Assembly: GCA_048937405.1 (NCBI GenBank)
Contig: JBHLNF010000002.1
Coordinates: forward strand, 352,001 to 416,000
Reading direction: 5' to 3'
Source of the DNA: Promethearchaeota archaeon
GTDB taxonomy: Archaea; Asgardarchaeota; Lokiarchaeia; Sigyniarchaeales; SOKP01
DNA: 64,000 bases
The notes beneath the pieces were generated by a model. That model was not told where the DNA came from. It saw nothing but the letters and a program-made list of their open reading frames with translations, and ran no database searches. A program made the position numbers and the translations under genes. Shown in pieces: positions 9,088 through 18,624 of the stretch (position 1 is the stretch's first letter; each line of letters starts with the position of its first letter).

Positions 9088-9414
9088 TTATGTTGTTGAT
9101 TTTGTTTGAAGCGTAATTTCAATATTGGAAATAATATCTTTTTTTTTATTGTTACCCTTATTATTTTTACTGTAGTATCCCCGTTGTCTATTATCAATAT
9201 AGGGGCGACTTCCTAAAGAAACATTTGCAATTTCTATTCTAGGATACATTCGACTTTTTAAAATTTCAGCCACTTCTACTGCTGTACTGATTTCTTGACC
9301 TTCACCTTTTATCAATAACGATTTACTACCTCCTGAAAATGCAAAGATTGCGTCTTTAATTGACTTATCTTTATCATTTCTGTTTCTTATAATAATTTTA
9401 GTTTCATTGACCAT
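9088..9414 (-). CDS. Alba-family DNA/RNA-binding protein
   Basis: LLIKGEGQEISTAVEVAEILK...VSLGS...ISNIEITL matches the Alba fold signature. Confidence 0.8.
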   Translation of the reverse strand: MVNETKIIIRNRNDKDKSIKDAIFAFSGGSKSLLIKGEGQEISTAVEVAEILKSRMYPRIEIANVSLGSRPYIDNRQRGYYSKNNKGNNKKKDIISNIEITLQTKSTT

Positions 9415-9574
9415 GAAAATCTCATTTGCAATAGAAATTTTTTACTTTATTAAAAAGAAGCTCAGTTTAATTCTTAATAATATAGTATCAAAATAAAACT
9501 TTACTATAGTTCTTAAATTGATTATATTTTTTTATGTTTTTAAAGTTTGATAAATACTGAATAAAATATTTTTA

Positions 9575-10702
9575 TTAATCTATACTCAAATTCAATTCTG
9601 AACGTTCATTTAATTCATCTAAAATTTTACAATATTCAGATCTTTTCTCTTCCAGATACTCAATAACTTTTCTTTCATCAGTATCCAAATAAGAATAATA
9701 AGGGAAAATAGTTTCGATTCTTTTAGAAAGATCATTAATTAATTTGTCATACCATTCGTTTGGTGTTTTTAGCATATTTTGAATTTTCTTTTTTAGTTTT
9801 TCTCTTTTCTTTTCATATACTTCATTATTATTTTCTTCACTTAGCTTATCTAATTCATCATAAGCAGTAACTATAGCATTTTCAATTTTTTCTCTAAATT
9901 TTGGAATACGATATGTCTTTTTAAAAAAGTCTGGATCCCATTCATAAAGATATTTTTCATCATCTTCAGCTAATTCTTTATTATCAGTAATAACTATATC
10001 TTCTTTAGGTACCATTATCAGCCCATAATTTCTCTGTAATTGCGCTAAAGCTTTTTTACGAAGTACTTCCTCAACATATTCTATCTCTTTTAATGCTTTT
10101 TCCATATTTTTATTAATATTTTTAATTACTTTTTCAACTTTTTCTACCATTTCCTCTTTTTCTAACTCATATTTTAATTCTATTAGGTCATAAGTAGAAG
10201 AAATCCCTAATTCTGGATCTTTTAATCTTAATCCCGCAATTCCTAAAAAATGGGATTCAGATTTCTTTTCACGATGGTCAAATATTAGCCCCACAGCATA
10301 AGGATTAGGGATTTGGTATCCAAGTTGTGTCATACAATCGATAGGACTGTAGAAAAAACCAAAGCCAGGATGTGTGTGGAACCATCCTATAATAAAATCA
10401 GTTTTATCATCTTGGATCGATCTTTCAAAGACAGATGCATCAATTTGAGCCATATCAACATATTGCTTATTTTCATATTTCACACCTGCTCTATCTCCAA
10501 CCACCATTGGGATTGCGTCTTTTACAATGACCTCAGAGTTATTATTGATCGAACCAATTAGAATGCCATAAACTTCTCGCCATTTTTCAGAGTTTAGATC
10601 ATCATTTGCATATCGAATTCCATAACCCACTATTCTCTCATATGCTTTAAGAGTTAGTAGCACTGGTGTCTTAACCGGATCAATTTTTTTACTTTTTGGC
10701 AT
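9575..10702 (-). CDS. MPN+/JAMM metalloisopeptidase, Rpn11/CSN5-like, with long helical C-terminal extension
   Basis: EVYGILIG ... IIGWFHTHPGFGFFYSPIDCMTQ (E, HxH, S, D intact). Confidence 0.85.
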   Translation of the reverse strand: MPKSKKIDPVKTPVLLTLKAYERIVGYGIRYANDDLNSEKWREVYGILIGSINNNSEVIVKDAIPMVVGDRAGVKYENKQYVDMAQIDASVFERSIQDDKTDFIIGWFHTHPGFGFFYSPIDCMTQLGYQIPNPYAVGLIFDHREKKSESHFLGIAGLRLKDPELGISSTYDLIELKYELEKEEMVEKVEKVIKNINKNMEKALKEIEYVEEVLRKKALAQLQRNYGLIMVPKEDIVITDNKELAEDDEKYLYEWDPDFFKKTYRIPKFREKIENAIVTAYDELDKLSEENNNEVYEKKREKLKKKIQNMLKTPNEWYDKLINDLSKRIETIFPYYSYLDTDERKVIEYLEEKRSEYCKILDELNERSELNLSID

Positions 10703-10821
10703 AAATAATGAAAATTTTACTTTTGATTTGATATACTTTAAAATTTTTAAGTCTTATTCTATATAGAATTTAAATAAAATCTAAATATAAAAATTATATT
10801 CAACAAAATTCTCCATTAAAT

Positions 10822-11364
10822 ATGAAAGTAATTGCAATTTGCGGACTTCCAGGATCAGGAAAAACAACAGCCATAAAAGCAATAGAAGATTTAGGTATTG
10901 TTGTATCAATGGGAGATGTTGTTCGGAATGAAGCGAGAAAAATGCATTTGGAACCCTCTGGATTTATCATTGGGGAGATAGCGAAGGAATTGCGCGAAAA
11001 AGGGGGCCCTGCAATAATAGCTGAGAAATGTGTGGAATTAATTAAAAACTTGGATACCGAAGTTGTTTTTGTCGATGGAGTAAGATCCTTCTATGAAGTT
11101 AATGTATTTAGAGAATTTTGGAAATTTCCGATTGTAGCTATTATTACTGATGAACAAAAAAGAATCAATCGTCTATTTGAGCGAGGTCGAAGTGATGATC
11201 CAAAACATATTGAAGAATTAAAAGAGAGAGACAAAAGAGAAAGAGAATTTGGGCAGGAGGAAGTTTTGGAAAAAGCCAATTACACCATTTTAAATAATTC
11301 TACTATTGATGCTCTAAAGAAAAATTCAAGAAAAATAATTATAGAAATAATTAATAACTACTAA
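10822..11364 (+). CDS. P-loop kinase, UPF0200 / dephospho-CoA kinase-like
   Basis: GLPGSGKTT, SMGDVVR, VDGVRS, RGRSDD motifs. Confidence 0.8.
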   Translation: MKVIAICGLPGSGKTTAIKAIEDLGIVVSMGDVVRNEARKMHLEPSGFIIGEIAKELREKGGPAIIAEKCVELIKNLDTEVVFVDGVRSFYEVNVFREFWKFPIVAIITDEQKRINRLFERGRSDDPKHIEELKERDKREREFGQEEVLEKANYTILNNSTIDALKKNSRKIIIEIINNY

Positions 11365-11377
11365 TCTTTTAAAATTA

Positions 11378-12280
11378 TTATTTTAAGTAATCCGCTATTA
11401 TTTTTGCTAATGACGCCTTACTAGCTTCATTATCAATTGAGTCAGTACCAATTATTTCATCGACTCCAGCATTTAAAATCCTAAATCTAGCTTGGTCTAA
11501 TAATAGTGTGTGGGTAGCAACTGCAAAAATTGTTCTTGCTCCACTCTCATTTGCAATTTTTATTGCTGTTGCCATTGTACCTCCTGTAGCAATAATATCA
11601 TCGGCAATAACCACATCTTTTTCTTTTAGGTTTAATACACCACTCATTTCTATTTCTCCTGTTTTGACATTTCTTTTTTTTTCTAATATCTCTACTGGAG
11701 TATTTTCTCCGAAGTGTTTAGCAAATGCGGTAGATCTTTCAATAGCTCCTTTATCAGGGGATACAACCACAATATCTTTAGCTCCTTTTGCTTTAATAGA
11801 ATCCGCTAATAATTTCATAGAATCAATATTTATAACTTTACATGCACATTCTTCCATTATTAAAGTAGAATGGATATCTACAACATAAAATTCGTCTATT
11901 CCTAAAGTATTTATAAAGCGAAAAATTACATTACCAAATTGACTTTCTCCTGGTCTAAATATTTTATCTTGACGAGCGTAAGCTAGATAGGGTACAACAA
12001 CGATGATTTTTTTTGCTCCCATACGCTTAACGGAGTCAATCATCATGAAGAGTTCTAATAATCTAGCATTTTGATCTGAACTAGCGCTTGGCCCCGTTGT
12101 TTGTACAATAATTACTTCTTTTTCAGAAATTATTGTTTCATCTTCAATATTTATTCTTAAATAATTTTCTCCATCCGGAAATCTTTTAATCTCTGTGTTT
12201 ATCGCCTCAATATCCAATTCTTTAGCAATTTTTACTCCAAGAATTTGTGAAGCAGGTCCTGCTATTAATATTCTTTTCAT
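11378..12280 (-). CDS. prs: Ribose-phosphate pyrophosphokinase
   Basis: RFPDGE, VPYLAYARQD, SPDKGA, DDIIATGGT motifs. Confidence 0.95.
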   Translation of the reverse strand: MKRILIAGPASQILGVKIAKELDIEAINTEIKRFPDGENYLRINIEDETIISEKEVIIVQTTGPSASSDQNARLLELFMMIDSVKRMGAKKIIVVVPYLAYARQDKIFRPGESQFGNVIFRFINTLGIDEFYVVDIHSTLIMEECACKVINIDSMKLLADSIKAKGAKDIVVVSPDKGAIERSTAFAKHFGENTPVEILEKKRNVKTGEIEMSGVLNLKEKDVVIADDIIATGGTMATAIKIANESGARTIFAVATHTLLLDQARFRILNAGVDEIIGTDSIDNEASKASLAKIIADYLK

Positions 12281-12335
12281 TCTTTTTCAACCTCTTGATT
12301 ATAAATCATAGAAATTCAAATTTTAATTTTCTTTC

Positions 12336-13055
12336 TTATAACTTTTTTAAGAATTCGAGAAAATATTTAAAAATTTCTTCTCTACGTCCTTTAAATGAAT
12401 GTCCACCATTATCAAATTTAATTACATTATTTTCATTTAATTCAAGAAGTTCTTGTATTTGTATTAGATTATGAAATGGAACTCTATTATCATCTTTACA
12501 ATGTGCAATGAGTATTCTATCATGGTTATTTTGATGTTTTCGTAAAAAATTATGCGGACTAAATTTTCTAATAGCTTCTTCTTGAAATTTAACTTGAGTT
12601 GTATGATAATCATATCTGGGAGCAAGAGCAATTAAGATTTTGGCTCTATCATCAATAAAACCATGAGATAATACTATTCCTCCTCCTAAACTTCTTCCGA
12701 CAAGAGCAATCTTATCATTTAACAGTCTTTCTGATTGATGTTCAAGTATCCAATCTAAAACTATATGAATATCTGAAAATATTAATGGAAATATAATATT
12801 CCATTTTGATCTATGATTAGTTTTTGTTTCACCATGAGCTCTATAATCATACGATAAAACATAATAACCATTTTCGGCAAATTTCCTGGAAAAGAATTTT
12901 ACAAAACTACTTTCTCTATCTTCTTGAAATCCTGGTAAAATTATTATAAAGGGTGCTTTAGGATTGGTTTTAGCCGAATAATATATTGACCCTTTTAGTA
13001 TTATATCATCTGGTTCTGTAGGAATTTCAATATCTTCGATTATTATATCTATCAT
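12336..13055 (-). CDS. Alpha/beta hydrolase
   Basis: YDYRAHGE, GRSLGG nucleophile elbow, D..VP, GGH. Confidence 0.85.
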   Translation of the reverse strand: MIDIIIEDIEIPTEPDDIILKGSIYYSAKTNPKAPFIIILPGFQEDRESSFVKFFSRKFAENGYYVLSYDYRAHGETKTNHRSKWNIIFPLIFSDIHIVLDWILEHQSERLLNDKIALVGRSLGGGIVLSHGFIDDRAKILIALAPRYDYHTTQVKFQEEAIRKFSPHNFLRKHQNNHDRILIAHCKDDNRVPFHNLIQIQELLELNENNVIKFDNGGHSFKGRREEIFKYFLEFLKKL

Positions 13056-13056
13056 T

Positions 13057-13506
13057 TTATATTTCTTTTAATTCTTTTAGTTTATATTTTTTGATTAAAT
13101 CTTTAAGTATGTCTATGGCAAAATAAGTACAATATTGTTCTTCTTTTGGTAACCCCAATAGTGCATCATTGATGTCTTCTGCTTTCAAATTTTCAGCAAA
13201 ATCAATAGATTTATTCTTAATTAAAATTGTAAGTTGACTTCCAGTTGCAACCATTACACCACATCCATCTGTTATAAAATTAGCTTCAATTATGTTCTTG
13301 TTTTCTATTTTTAAATACAAACCTAATAGGTACTTTTTTGGACCTCCTCTTCTTTCCTCGAAGACAGTGATATCTTTTTCTGGAAGTTTTCCCCAATTTT
13401 TTGGATTATAAAACAAATTCACAATTTTTTCATTATGTTCTATAATAGCTTCCTTTTTAATTCTCTTTTGAAGTTTTTCTACATATTCTTCAAAATTATT
13501 TGTCAT
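13057..13506 (-). CDS. NifU/IscU-like Fe-S scaffold protein (divergent)
   Basis: FYNPKNWG, FITDGCG, LGLP..E.YC; the first Cys-Gly-Asp motif is absent. Confidence 0.75.
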   Translation of the reverse strand: MTNNFEEYVEKLQKRIKKEAIIEHNEKIVNLFYNPKNWGKLPEKDITVFEERRGGPKKYLLGLYLKIENKNIIEANFITDGCGVMVATGSQLTILIKNKSIDFAENLKAEDINDALLGLPKEEQYCTYFAIDILKDLIKKYKLKELKEI

Positions 13507-13525
13507 ATTTTCGCAAATTTTTTGT

Positions 13526-13792
13526 TTATTCTAAATGCTTTAAAACATGTTTTTCTAATCCTACAATATCTTCAGGTTTTCTTTGATATTTTTTAAGAAT
13601 ATCTATAATTCTGTGATTTAAATCTTGATGTTCTTCCAAACAACTTGATTTTTCTAGTAAATGTTCTCCTCGTCGGATAGCAGCAGTATTTTCTGTAACT
13701 TTTATAAGTTCTGTAGCAATAATTCCATTGATATAAATTAAATCTGCTAACATATTTTTAATATATAAAAGAATTGAAGTTTGTTCAGACAT
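13526..13792 (-). CDS. Hypothetical helical protein
   Basis: 88-aa ORF co-oriented in a minus-strand gene run. Confidence 0.7.
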   Translation of the reverse strand: MSEQTSILLYIKNMLADLIYINGIIATELIKVTENTAAIRRGEHLLEKSSCLEEHQDLNHRIIDILKKYQRKPEDIVGLEKHVLKHLE

Positions 13793-13909
13793 AACTAGAA
13801 AAAGTTTACTTAGAATAAAAAGTGTAATTTTTACAACAATTTTAATACCAATAAGAAAATCTAATTCGGGAAATTTATAAAATTAAAACTAAATATATGA
13901 TTTTGTTAA

Positions 13910-14395
13910 ATGGATTTAAAAGACTTTAAGGATGGATTAACTAGCCTTGCATTATTGTTATTTTTTTTTTCCTTCACTCTCTTAATAGATTATTTTGTCT
14001 TAGAATCTTATATCGGATTGGGTGTTCAAGAAAGAAATTGCATTGTTATTTTATGTTTAATAAATATTATAATTACGTTCTATTATTTATTGAATGCTAC
14101 AAGATTAGAAAAAGTATTCAAATTAGAGAATAAAAACATAATAAAATTTGCAAAAAAGATAGGAATCATAACCTTGATTTATATTATCCATCCTTTTTTA
14201 TTTTCATCTCTTTTTTTAAGAGACTTATATAGCCTTGGATATACTCTAATCTTTCTTATATTTCTTGTAGAAATAATATTAATTGGTCTAGTTTTTAAGG
14301 AAGTATATGATTTATTGTTTGTAGAAGAAGTTAAAACGGATTTTGAATTAGAAGCAAACCGTAAAAAATATTTGGAAAAGAAACCAAATTTTTAA
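13910..14395 (+). CDS. Hypothetical membrane protein (about 4 TM)
   Basis: Four hydrophobic segments. Confidence 0.7.
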   Translation: MDLKDFKDGLTSLALLLFFFSFTLLIDYFVLESYIGLGVQERNCIVILCLINIIITFYYLLNATRLEKVFKLENKNIIKFAKKIGIITLIYIIHPFLFSSLFLRDLYSLGYTLIFLIFLVEIILIGLVFKEVYDLLFVEEVKTDFELEANRKKYLEKKPNF

Positions 14396-14428
14396 CTGGA
14401 GAAATATTTTAGTTTTTGTAAAAGAAAT

Positions 14429-15661
14429 TTATGATTTTTTTGCTAATTTTTGTATTGCAGAGTCAATCATTTTTAGTTTTACTGAATATTTTTCCATAAG
14501 AGCAGCAAATTTTTCGATCTCGATATCATTATTATCCTTTAAAAGTTTTAATTCATTGATAGTTCTTACAACACCCGCTTTCTTATCAATTAATCTTTCC
14601 TTTTTGCTGTAGGGAATCTTTTCTTCTAATTTCTTCTTCTGATATGATTTAAATCGTTTAATATTAAGATCTTTTGGTACAAATTTAGTTAAGTATATTA
14701 TACTTTTTGGAACAAAAGGAGCAAGATTTTCTGGAATGATGATAATTGGTTCTGGGTCTTGAATCTTTTTTATATCTTCATATTCTAATTGATCAGCATT
14801 ATTTTCACTTAAATTTTCCTTTACTATCGATAAATTCATTTCAATATTAGTTTTTTCATCATTCGAAACTGAAAGAGTACTAAGCATATCTTCCCAAATA
14901 TCTCGTGCTTTTAAAAAATACCATTTAGCTTTTTGCTGTAATTTTGTAATTTTGTCATGATTAATTGATGTTATTGAAGATTCTACAGAGGCACGTGCTT
15001 TAAGAGAACAAGCTTTTCCCATATCATAATGAAATTGTGCTCTTATTTGTTGTTTCTTTTTCTCGTCATGTTTTTTAAGATAAAATAATCTTTTTGATAA
15101 AAGACTCAAACCAGCATACAATTTTGAAGAAAAATAAAGATTATTGTTATTCTCCTCTCGTAAAGCAGCAATACTTTGAGCAATAGTTCTCGAATCTTCT
15201 GAGTTCAACTCTAAATTCTCTGGATTTAGAGTTATCCCCAAATCGTCTTGATTTATAGCAGCAACAATAAAATAAGCGGCACTTTTATAAATCTTACTAC
15301 TTTCCGTCATAGCAATAATTGCATTTTCCCATTCCTCTTCCTCTTCATATAGATCAGATAATTCAGAATAAGCTTTAGCCATGACCCATAAGACTCGACC
15401 ACATTCAAACATAATGTCTTGAACTTCTATCTCCTTCTTGGCTTGAGGATCATAAAAATTTGGAGTTAATTCTAATTCTTTTAATATTTCTAGATGATTT
15501 CTATTTGTATAGTTTATATTCAAAATCTTTGTATATTCCATTATAAGATTTAAATCATCTAAACTGAAGTGTTCTTCTTCTTTCTCTAAAGCTACTTCAA
15601 TTTTTTTTATAGAGAAGTGTAAATATCTTATCCTTCTCATTGTTTCTTCGTCAAAAAACAT
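14429..15661 (-). CDS. Hypothetical all-alpha (TPR-like) protein
   Basis: 410-aa ORF with Ala/aromatic helical repeat pattern (AKAYSELSDLY, FHYDMGKA). Confidence 0.65.
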   Translation of the reverse strand: MFFDEETMRRIRYLHFSIKKIEVALEKEEEHFSLDDLNLIMEYTKILNINYTNRNHLEILKELELTPNFYDPQAKKEIEVQDIMFECGRVLWVMAKAYSELSDLYEEEEEWENAIIAMTESSKIYKSAAYFIVAAINQDDLGITLNPENLELNSEDSRTIAQSIAALREENNNNLYFSSKLYAGLSLLSKRLFYLKKHDEKKKQQIRAQFHYDMGKACSLKARASVESSITSINHDKITKLQQKAKWYFLKARDIWEDMLSTLSVSNDEKTNIEMNLSIVKENLSENNADQLEYEDIKKIQDPEPIIIIPENLAPFVPKSIIYLTKFVPKDLNIKRFKSYQKKKLEEKIPYSKKERLIDKKAGVVRTINELKLLKDNNDIEIEKFAALMEKYSVKLKMIDSAIQKLAKKS

Positions 15662-15892
15662 GTAAAAATCAGCATTTTTTTATAGATTCAAGTTATATAA
15701 CAATATTTAATATTTCCTTTAAAATCTTTTGATGGAAATGTAAAAATTTTTTAATAAAATCAGATCTTTCCCTTTTTTTCTTAAATTTGAGTTAATTAAG
15801 ATATTTTTATCATCATTTTAAAACTAATCTATCAAAATGTTTTTATGAATGTATATTTTAGAGAACTCTGTAAATTAAGAATTTTTTTAAAA

Positions 15893-17200
15893 ATGAGAAA
15901 AAAAATTATTTTTATCTTTGAATTTGTTTCGGGAGGTGGTTTTAATTTAGAAAAGATTCCCATATCACTTTTTTGTGAAGGATTTGGGATGTTAAGATCT
16001 ATCATAGCAGATTTCAAAGCATTAGATTTTGAGGTATATACAATTTTAGATTATAGAATTTTCTTTTTATCAAGTTTTTTACAAGCTGATATTATTAAAA
16101 TAGTAGAAAAAAATGATGAATATATCAAACTTTTCAAAGAGATGGTAAATAAATCTAATTATAGTTTTATCATCGCTCCTGAAACATCAATGACTCTTTA
16201 TAATTTAACGAAAATTGTTAAAAAATGTAAAAAAATAGTATTGAGTACCAATCTAAAAGGTATAATGCATGGTACATCAAAATTACTAACTTATCAGTTT
16301 TTTAAAAAAAGTGATATATTGACACCAAGAACATTTTTGATACTTAAGAAGAAAAACTACTTCAATGCAGATTTTTTAATTCAAAAATTTAAAGAATTTA
16401 AAAATTCGATTGTAATCAAACCTGATGATGGTGTAGGTGCGGAAAATATATTTCATTTTGAAGAGGAATCTCAAATCTTCAATTTCTTAACAAATATTAA
16501 TAATCATATAGACAAAAATAGGAGTTATATAATTCAGGAATTCATTGAAGGGAAAAATTTAAGTGCATCATTGATCGGTGCACCGAATAATGAAGAAAGT
16601 CCAAAAATCTTGAGTATAAATTCACAAAATATTAATCTTAAGAATTTTATGCCGGAATATCTTGGAGGGTATACTCCGCTGAGTAATTATGAAGAATTAA
16701 TAGAGAAATTATCATCAATTTTAAGAAAGATAAGTAATCTAAAAATTGAAGGCTATTTTGGTATTGATTTCATAGAACAGAATAATGGTTTATTAAATAT
16801 GATAGAAATTAATCCAAGATTAACCACATCTTATATAGGACTTAGAAATGCAATTAATTTGAATTGCGCAGAGTTAATTTTTAATTCAAGGTTAAATCTT
16901 CTGAGAATTCCTGAAGTAAAATTGCTAAATCATTCTATTTTTACGCGAATTGATTTTTATTCTAATGAACATCAAAGTGTAGAAGAGTTCTATGAATATA
17001 TAATGCCCAAATTAATAAAACTAATCCCCGAATTTGTTACTCCTCCAATAGCACTTGATAATTCAAATCTTTATTCAAGTTTTATTGCAACAAAAACAAA
17101 AGATTCAAATTCTTCAAAAATTAGAATGGGTAAAATTCTTGAGTCTTTAGAAAGTCTAAATTTAAGAGTTATTAGACCAGTAAAAAAAGAATTATTGTGA
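15893..17200 (+). CDS. ATP-grasp ligase, tyramine--L-glutamate ligase (MfnD)-like
   Basis: FEFVSGGG, EGFGML, IIAPE, IKPDDGVGA, IQEFIEG, GYFGIDF, IEINPRLTTSYIG; ATG at 15893 preferred. Confidence 0.8.
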   Translation: MRKKIIFIFEFVSGGGFNLEKIPISLFCEGFGMLRSIIADFKALDFEVYTILDYRIFFLSSFLQADIIKIVEKNDEYIKLFKEMVNKSNYSFIIAPETSMTLYNLTKIVKKCKKIVLSTNLKGIMHGTSKLLTYQFFKKSDILTPRTFLILKKKNYFNADFLIQKFKEFKNSIVIKPDDGVGAENIFHFEEESQIFNFLTNINNHIDKNRSYIIQEFIEGKNLSASLIGAPNNEESPKILSINSQNINLKNFMPEYLGGYTPLSNYEELIEKLSSILRKISNLKIEGYFGIDFIEQNNGLLNMIEINPRLTTSYIGLRNAINLNCAELIFNSRLNLLRIPEVKLLNHSIFTRIDFYSNEHQSVEEFYEYIMPKLIKLIPEFVTPPIALDNSNLYSSFIATKTKDSNSSKIRMGKILESLESLNLRVIRPVKKELL

Positions 17201-18062
17201 AAGACCCATAATGAAGTAATAGCGAAAAAATTAAACTTGTTTCAATTTTTAGTTCTTTATTCATACATAGGCTATATGATAATAACCATAATGACCACAC
17301 TTGAAAAATAATTAGTAATATTTTATCAAGAAGATTGAATATACTAATACTCAAAAGATCGAAGAATTTAAATCCTAGATGAGCTATAAGATAAATTATC
17401 ATTGGAAATTGTATGAATGGAAAAGAAATTAAAAATCTCATTGAATTCTCTTTTTTCTTAAACAAGATTCGTGCAATTCCTTCGATTATAATGAAAAAAA
17501 AAATTGAATTTAAGAAAAAACTCAGGGTTATTAATATTCTCAACGTAGTATCTATATTTAATTGTTCAAAATCAATAAAAAATAATGAGAATGAATAGAA
17601 GTTATTTAATCCACATAAAATTGAACCTATTATCAATATACCTAAAGATAATATAATTGTGATAAGTTTATCGTCATTCCCAAAACAGATAAATCTTTTA
17701 GAGGTTAATTTCATAAATTTTCGTAATATTGGTGATTTTAATTTTTGATGAGAGGAATTTGGAGTTTTAATTAATTCAATATTATCTTTTAGAGAATTAT
17801 ATGCATATTGTCCTAATTCTTTCAAGTAATATTTTTTATCTTTTTTTTGTTGAATTAATTCTGATAAACTTTCTAAATGATGATAAATTGTACCAGTACT
17901 CACTCCAAGCACCTTTTTAAGATGAGTAAAAGATGTAAACTCATTATCACCAATAATAGTAATGATTTTTCTTCGTATTTCATGACCTAATGCATAATAA
18001 TAACGTGATTCCGCATCCTGTCCATTAGGTTCTTTATCTATTTCATCAACTCTATTGGAAAT
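17172..18062 (-). CDS. ArsR-like winged-HTH protein fused to a multi-pass membrane domain; probable non-canonical ATT start
   Basis: Frame is open 50 codons upstream of the GTG at 17912 and encodes YYALGHEIRRKIITIIGDNEFTSFTHLKKVLGVSTGTIYHHL; about 5-6 TM segments follow. Confidence 0.75.
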   Translation of the reverse strand: MSNRVDEIDKEPNGQDAESRYYYALGHEIRRKIITIIGDNEFTSFTHLKKVLGVSTGTIYHHLESLSELIQQKKDKKYYLKELGQYAYNSLKDNIELIKTPNSSHQKLKSPILRKFMKLTSKRFICFGNDDKLITIILSLGILIIGSILCGLNNFYSFSLFFIDFEQLNIDTTLRILITLSFFLNSIFFFIIIEGIARILFKKKENSMRFLISFPFIQFPMIIYLIAHLGFKFFDLLSISIFNLLDKILLIIFQVWSLWLLSYSLCMNKELKIETSLIFSLLLHYGSFTIILFLLV

Positions 18063-18064
18063 TC

Positions 18065-18487
18065 TTAATTAGCCTCCGTATGTTTTTCTAATGTGAAAAG
18101 TATATTTAAAACATTAAAGAAAATAATGAGAAAACCCATAACTCCTAAAAAGAAACCAATACCTGCGCTATAAAAATATTCAATTTCTTGAGAGATATAA
18201 TCAATAAAAAAAATTATTAGAAATCCTAAACCAACAAAATATACAATAACAGATTTTATTTTTAGCTCGATTTTATAAATCACTAAAAGACTTGCAAATA
18301 AGCATATAATTCCACTCATTAATGGAAATAAAAATAAAAATGAATCTTCTATATTTACAGATGTGGTAATTATATAAATTTCAATTAAAGTATAATTAGA
18401 AAACCATGAAAAGAATTCAGATATTATTAATATTATTGAACCAATTATACCTAAAATATAACTATTTATATATTTTTTAAGGTTCAT
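18065..18487 (-). CDS. Hypothetical membrane protein (about 4 TM)
   Basis: Hydrophobic 140-aa ORF. Confidence 0.7.
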   Translation of the reverse strand: MNLKKYINSYILGIIGSIILIISEFFSWFSNYTLIEIYIITTSVNIEDSFLFLFPLMSGIICLFASLLVIYKIELKIKSVIVYFVGLGFLIIFFIDYISQEIEYFYSAGIGFFLGVMGFLIIFFNVLNILFTLEKHTEAN

Positions 18488-18624
18488 CCAAAATCATCCA
18501 AATTTTACCATGAAAATTACAAAATTATAAAAATTCAGAAAGAATAATATTAAAATAAATTTTGAAAATATTAATTTTTCTTAGATTTTTGGTAAGAAAT
18601 CAATTAATAAAAGATTGAGATAAA

